In this document: positions 60,601 through 64,000 of the stretch, one piece after another
Layout of the letters: each line of letters starts with the position of its first letter
Position numbering within the stretch: position 1 is the first letter of the stretch
From: Podarcis melisellensis
Lineage: Eukaryota
Strand: one strand, 5' to 3'
Length of the DNA: 64,000 bases
Assembly (NCBI GenBank): GCA_964234715.1
Contig: OZ174283.1
Position numbers and translations under genes: made by a program
The notes under the pieces: generated by a model
Told to the model about the DNA's origin: nothing
Database searches by the model: none
Seen by the model: only the letters and a program-made list of their open reading frames with translations

Positions 60601-62410
60601 ATTTTATTGTTTTATATTGTACTATATTGTAGTTTTGTATTATATTGTACACACAGGTCCTGCTTTCCAAACACAATGTGTTGCCTGGAAATCATTCGTT
60701 AGGCAAGCATTCACATAATGAGTCCACAATTTCCAAAGATTCCTATGGGAGCATTTCTAATCTGGATTTTTTTCTGATCTCTCCCCTGCTTTTTCAATGG
60801 GTTCTTTCTGTAATGGCTGCAGGCAACCAGCAAAAGAAAGGCAAAGAAAAAACAATTGTCCTGCTGTCTGATCTTGCTTGCTCCCTACTTGTCACCAACC
60901 AGCAAAGCAAGGAAGAAAAGAAGTAGGCAAACTCTGGCTATTCAGATATCTGAATCTGTGGTGTGTGTATAGCAAGGTTTGGGCATAATTATTTATGTTT
61001 GGATAAGTGAATTTTCATATAGCGAAAAGGCAGATATTGGGACTTGCATACCTTGTAGTTCTCCCAGTTTATTGTTTAAAGGTAAAGGGACCCCTGACCA
61101 TTAGGTCCAGTCATGGACGACTTGGGTTGCGGCGCTCATCTCACTTTACTGGCCGAGGGAACCGACATTTGTCTGCAGACAGTTTTTCCGGGTCATGTGG
61201 CCAACATGACTAAGCCGCTTCTGGAGAACCAGAACAGCACACAGAAATGCTGTTTACCTTTCTGTTGGAGCGGTACCTATTTATCTACTTGCACTTGATG
61301 TGCTTTCGAACTGCTGCTTTAGTATTAAGCAGTATATAGATATATGAAATAAATAATAAAATAGAAGCCTTTGAACTAGTAATTCTTTGGGTTCAACATC
61401 TCTTGAATATGTCTTCAGTTTGGTTAATAAAGGTTGCTCTTGTGTAAAACACATTTCTTGACAGCATGACAATGAAGAAGAAAAGTACCTGATATATTCT
61501 GGACGTTTCTTCAGCTTTGTAGAAAGAAATTTCAAAGCCTTTTCACTTTCGAAAGTTGAATAGGAAATGGTGGTTGGATAATCTGTTTCCTCACAAGGCA
61601 CAGGGCAAGTGGAATTATGTGTTCCTGCTGTACACAATCCTGCGAGCTCAATTTTATCTAAAATGGGAACCAATTTCAAACATAAATGCCCACTCTAGGC
61701 GACTTTCATGTTCACCACCAACTGCAAACAGCCGTAGTGAAATCAACAAAAAATAGACTGAGTTTATCATCCCAAGCAAATGAGTTAATAAAGCATAATA
61801 AATATTATATTATATTGCAGGATTTGGTGATAATTTGAATCTATGTCAGCAGCCTTACATTCTAAGTCGCAGAAAGATGGTAGTGTGTGATTTCCCACTA
61901 AAAATAGGTGCCTGTATTTTACACTGAATTTCTTCAGCATTTGGAACTTATGAAATCAAACCAAAACTGTACAGATGATTGGAAGAGTACATTTAGAATG
62001 TTATTTATGGTTTGTCTAAACACAACTTTCAGCTGAGATCATTTAAAGTATTCGAGAAAAATCAAGTCCTCTCCTGTCCCTAATAAACTGTTGCAGAGGC
62101 TAGCCATTGCAGAGGCTAGCCTTGCTTCCCATTAGCAGAATATCCCAGGCTATGGGATTTCCCCCTAAGCCTGACTATCCTGGTGCAAATGATGCTTTTG
62201 TGTGACTGGGATTCCACAGGTTGGTAAAAATGTGAGACATGCCCCCAACCCCACTGGTCCAGCTGGTTGCCAGTTGCAGACGTAATCACTGTGACATGGC
62301 CCTGTCTGGTACCTATGAAACAGGCTCTAGTATTTGACTTTGGCTTTACTTACACAGTTCAGGAGAAACACAATTGTAAAATTTGTCCAAGTCACATTCT
62401 GTACCATTTC
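57440..62410 (-). CDS. ASIC5: Acid-sensing ion channel 5 / bile acid-sensitive ion channel (BASIC), last four coding exons; gene continues beyond the window end
   Basis: Spliced translation GNGTECDLDKFYNCVSPELYKIELAGLCTAGTHNSTCPVPCEETDYPTTISYSTFESEKALKFLSTKLKKRPEYIRRNLVYIDIRYHDLNYKMTRQQKALSVSELLADVGGQLGLFCGASMITIIEVVEYIFTNFCWMCVFLLLKAPEVPNWNTTDQNAQTHKRRIQEC*: ENaC/DEG thumb cysteines, TM2 with GAS filter; convergent position next to GUCY1B1 as in other amniotes. Confidence 0.95.
58541..58632 (-). CDS. ASIC5: ASIC5 92-nt penultimate exon
   Basis: minus strand tccatag|GCGTAAC...CTACTTG|gtaagt; RNLVYIDIRYHDLNYKMTRQQKALSVSELL. Confidence 0.94.
60400..60490 (+). mobile_element. Degraded Penelope-like terminal-repeat fragment
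   Basis: AAGCTTATG...ATAAATCTATTAG...AAGGTGCC...TGTTTTTGCTG pattern. Confidence 0.45.
61078..61314 (-). mobile_element. 5'-truncated Sauria SINE in an ASIC5 intron
   Basis: AAAGGTAAAGGGACCCCTGACC...GTGCTTTCGAACTGCT matches the 3' two-thirds of the family. Confidence 0.9.
61489..61657 (-). CDS. ASIC5: ASIC5 169-nt exon (third from last)
   Basis: minus strand cattttag|ATAAAATT...TATCAG|gtactt; KIELAGLCTAGTHNSTCPVPCEE...RPEYI. Confidence 0.94.
62354..62410 (-). CDS. ASIC5: ASIC5 57-nt exon (fourth from last)
   Basis: minus strand ttgaaaag|GAAATGG...GAACTGT|gtaagt; NGTECDLDKFYNCVSPEL. Confidence 0.9.
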
Positions 62411-63863
62411 CTTTTCAACAGGTATGAAGAAGAGGGAGTGGGGAAGGAGAGAAAAACACAAAGACAAAGGTATCAAAACACACATTTGAATCCATCTGTT
62501 TGGTAAACCAATAATAACCAATAAGCAAGTGATCCCAGCAAGTAAAGCAAAGAATTCGATACCTGTATGTATCAACCTGAAGCTCATGTAGAAACACTCA
62601 AAGCACCTGAGCTGAGGATGGGCAATCTTTTTGCTATTTGAGGCTGCATTAATTTTACCCTGGCTTTTGACACCTGAGAAATATATCTTTAGTACCCATC
62701 CTCTTAGCAATTTTAATGTTGTGTTTTTATATGGCTGTATCTCACCCCGGACACCTTTGGGCAGGTAAGAAATGCAATTCATCATCATATCATCATCATG
62801 ACATCATCTGATGGTAGTATGTTAGGGACTGGATACGCAGAGCTGAACCTCTGGTGGGCAGGCTAGCTCCTTGATTCACCTATTGCCAACTCCTTTTCTC
62901 TCTGTTCCACAGGAGGACTGCTTTGGCAGAGACAGAACATTCTTGCTGAGAGCTTTTGAAAATAAGGTGAGGGGTACATGAGAGCTATATTAAACCCTTA
63001 GGCTGCAGGTGGCCTGTTTCTATCCTAATGGTTTCGTTATTCAGCTGTCATTTATGCACGAGGTGATTCCTTAAGCAGTTAAGGACTTATCTTTGAAACT
63101 AAGCTTTCTGAGACTACATTTCAATCCCTCCCCCTTATGCCGAGCAGCACTGATTGCTTCTGCTGGTTCAGCTGTCCTTCCTCTGGCCACCACTGATGGA
63201 GTGATACTTTTGTCACTCTGCCAGTGCAGAACATTTGGGTGGGTGAAAGGCATGTTGGTGGTATTCCTGCTAGCAGAGCCTGCCAGAAAGCCTCCAAATG
63301 GGCCATTCCAACTGCAGGGATGAAACTGAGCTGGCTCTGGATCCATTGGATCCCAAGCTGCTCTCCCAGCTGATACTAGCTGGCATTGGTCCTAATCTTG
63401 GCCTGGATCTGCAGTAACCTGAAGCTGATACAGGGATTGGGCCTGATCTGCCTGCCCTTTTGCCTTCTGCTACCATCGCTGTGAGCAGCCAGGCTGTGGA
63501 TGTGGCAGTACCTCCACCGCTCTGCAGAGGCTCAGAGGCAGCAGGCAAAAGTTTGGGATGCTCTGCCTGCATAGAAAGTAATCCATAAAGACTCTACAGC
63601 AATGTCATATGCTTGCATGCTGTGCAAGGGGAGCAGGGATGGGAGCACTAAGCCCCACCTCCCATTGCCCTACAAGTCAGGGAGGGTGAAAGGGTGAACC
63701 GGGGAGTTCTTTCTCCTTGTACTGTTAGGAACCCTGCACAATAAGGGTTCCAAATTGTGTGAGGAGCTGCCGCGAGTCACTTCAGACCTTTGCCTTTTTT
63801 CCGCCCTCCCTGCTTGTGCATAGGTTTTACTAGTGAGCAGATAGCTCAAAATTGGCTAAAGGC

Positions 63864-64000
63864 AGCACTTTTTTTCTGGGGGGATGCATACCCCTAAACA
63901 TTTTGGGAATCTTTGTACTTTTGTCCATTTACTGTATTTAAAATATAAAATGGTGATTTTCTTGAGTCAAAATGAGAGTACCCCTAAACATTTTTAAGAA
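63864..64000. mobile_element. Non-autonomous DNA transposon, cut by window end
   Basis: CAGCACTTTTTTTCT start; internal direct repeat TACCCCTAAACATTTT (63889 and 63978). Confidence 0.5.

Noticed and set aside
62327-62788. 153-aa hydrophobic minus-strand ORF
   Set aside because: Mostly intronic; crosses the 57-nt ASIC5 exon in a different frame; no family similarity
63040-63600. GC-richer block with overlapping short ORFs in an ASIC5 intron
   Set aside because: No ASIC5 exon or retroelement protein motif recognised; left unassigned

Overview
Vertebrate (squamate, most likely lacertid lizard, inferred from its SINE families) genomic window. It holds a complete, intact 14-exon GUCY1B1 gene (soluble guanylate cyclase beta-1, NO receptor) on the + strand: CpG-island promoter ~7.3-8.9 kb, ATG-only first coding exon at 7691, stop at 46477, spliced CDS 1860 nt / 619 aa. 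Facing it tail-to-tail on the - strand are the last four exons of ASIC5 (bile acid-sensitive ion channel, 57440-62410). The rest is intronic/intergenic DNA with Sauria SINEs, other tRNA-derived SINEs, CR1 and L2 LINE fragments, Tc1/mariner- and hAT-type MITEs, Penelope-type fragments (one with a decayed hammerhead ribozyme), a probable solo LTR and microsatellites. No prokaryotic-type system or CRISPR is present. The most interesting inferences: (1) the only two Sauria SINEs inside GUCY1B1 are inverted and tightly bracket exons 3-8, which total exactly 900 nt and are phase-matched, predicting a stop-free circRNA and an in-frame heme-less skipped isoform; (2) read-through of the last intron ends beta-1 in -ETEV, a class I PDZ ligand; (3) an RFX/CCAAT/CRE motif cluster in intron 5; (4) a 65-bp target-site duplication around a SINE. 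Comparisons to human proteins and repeat family names are from memory, not database searches.
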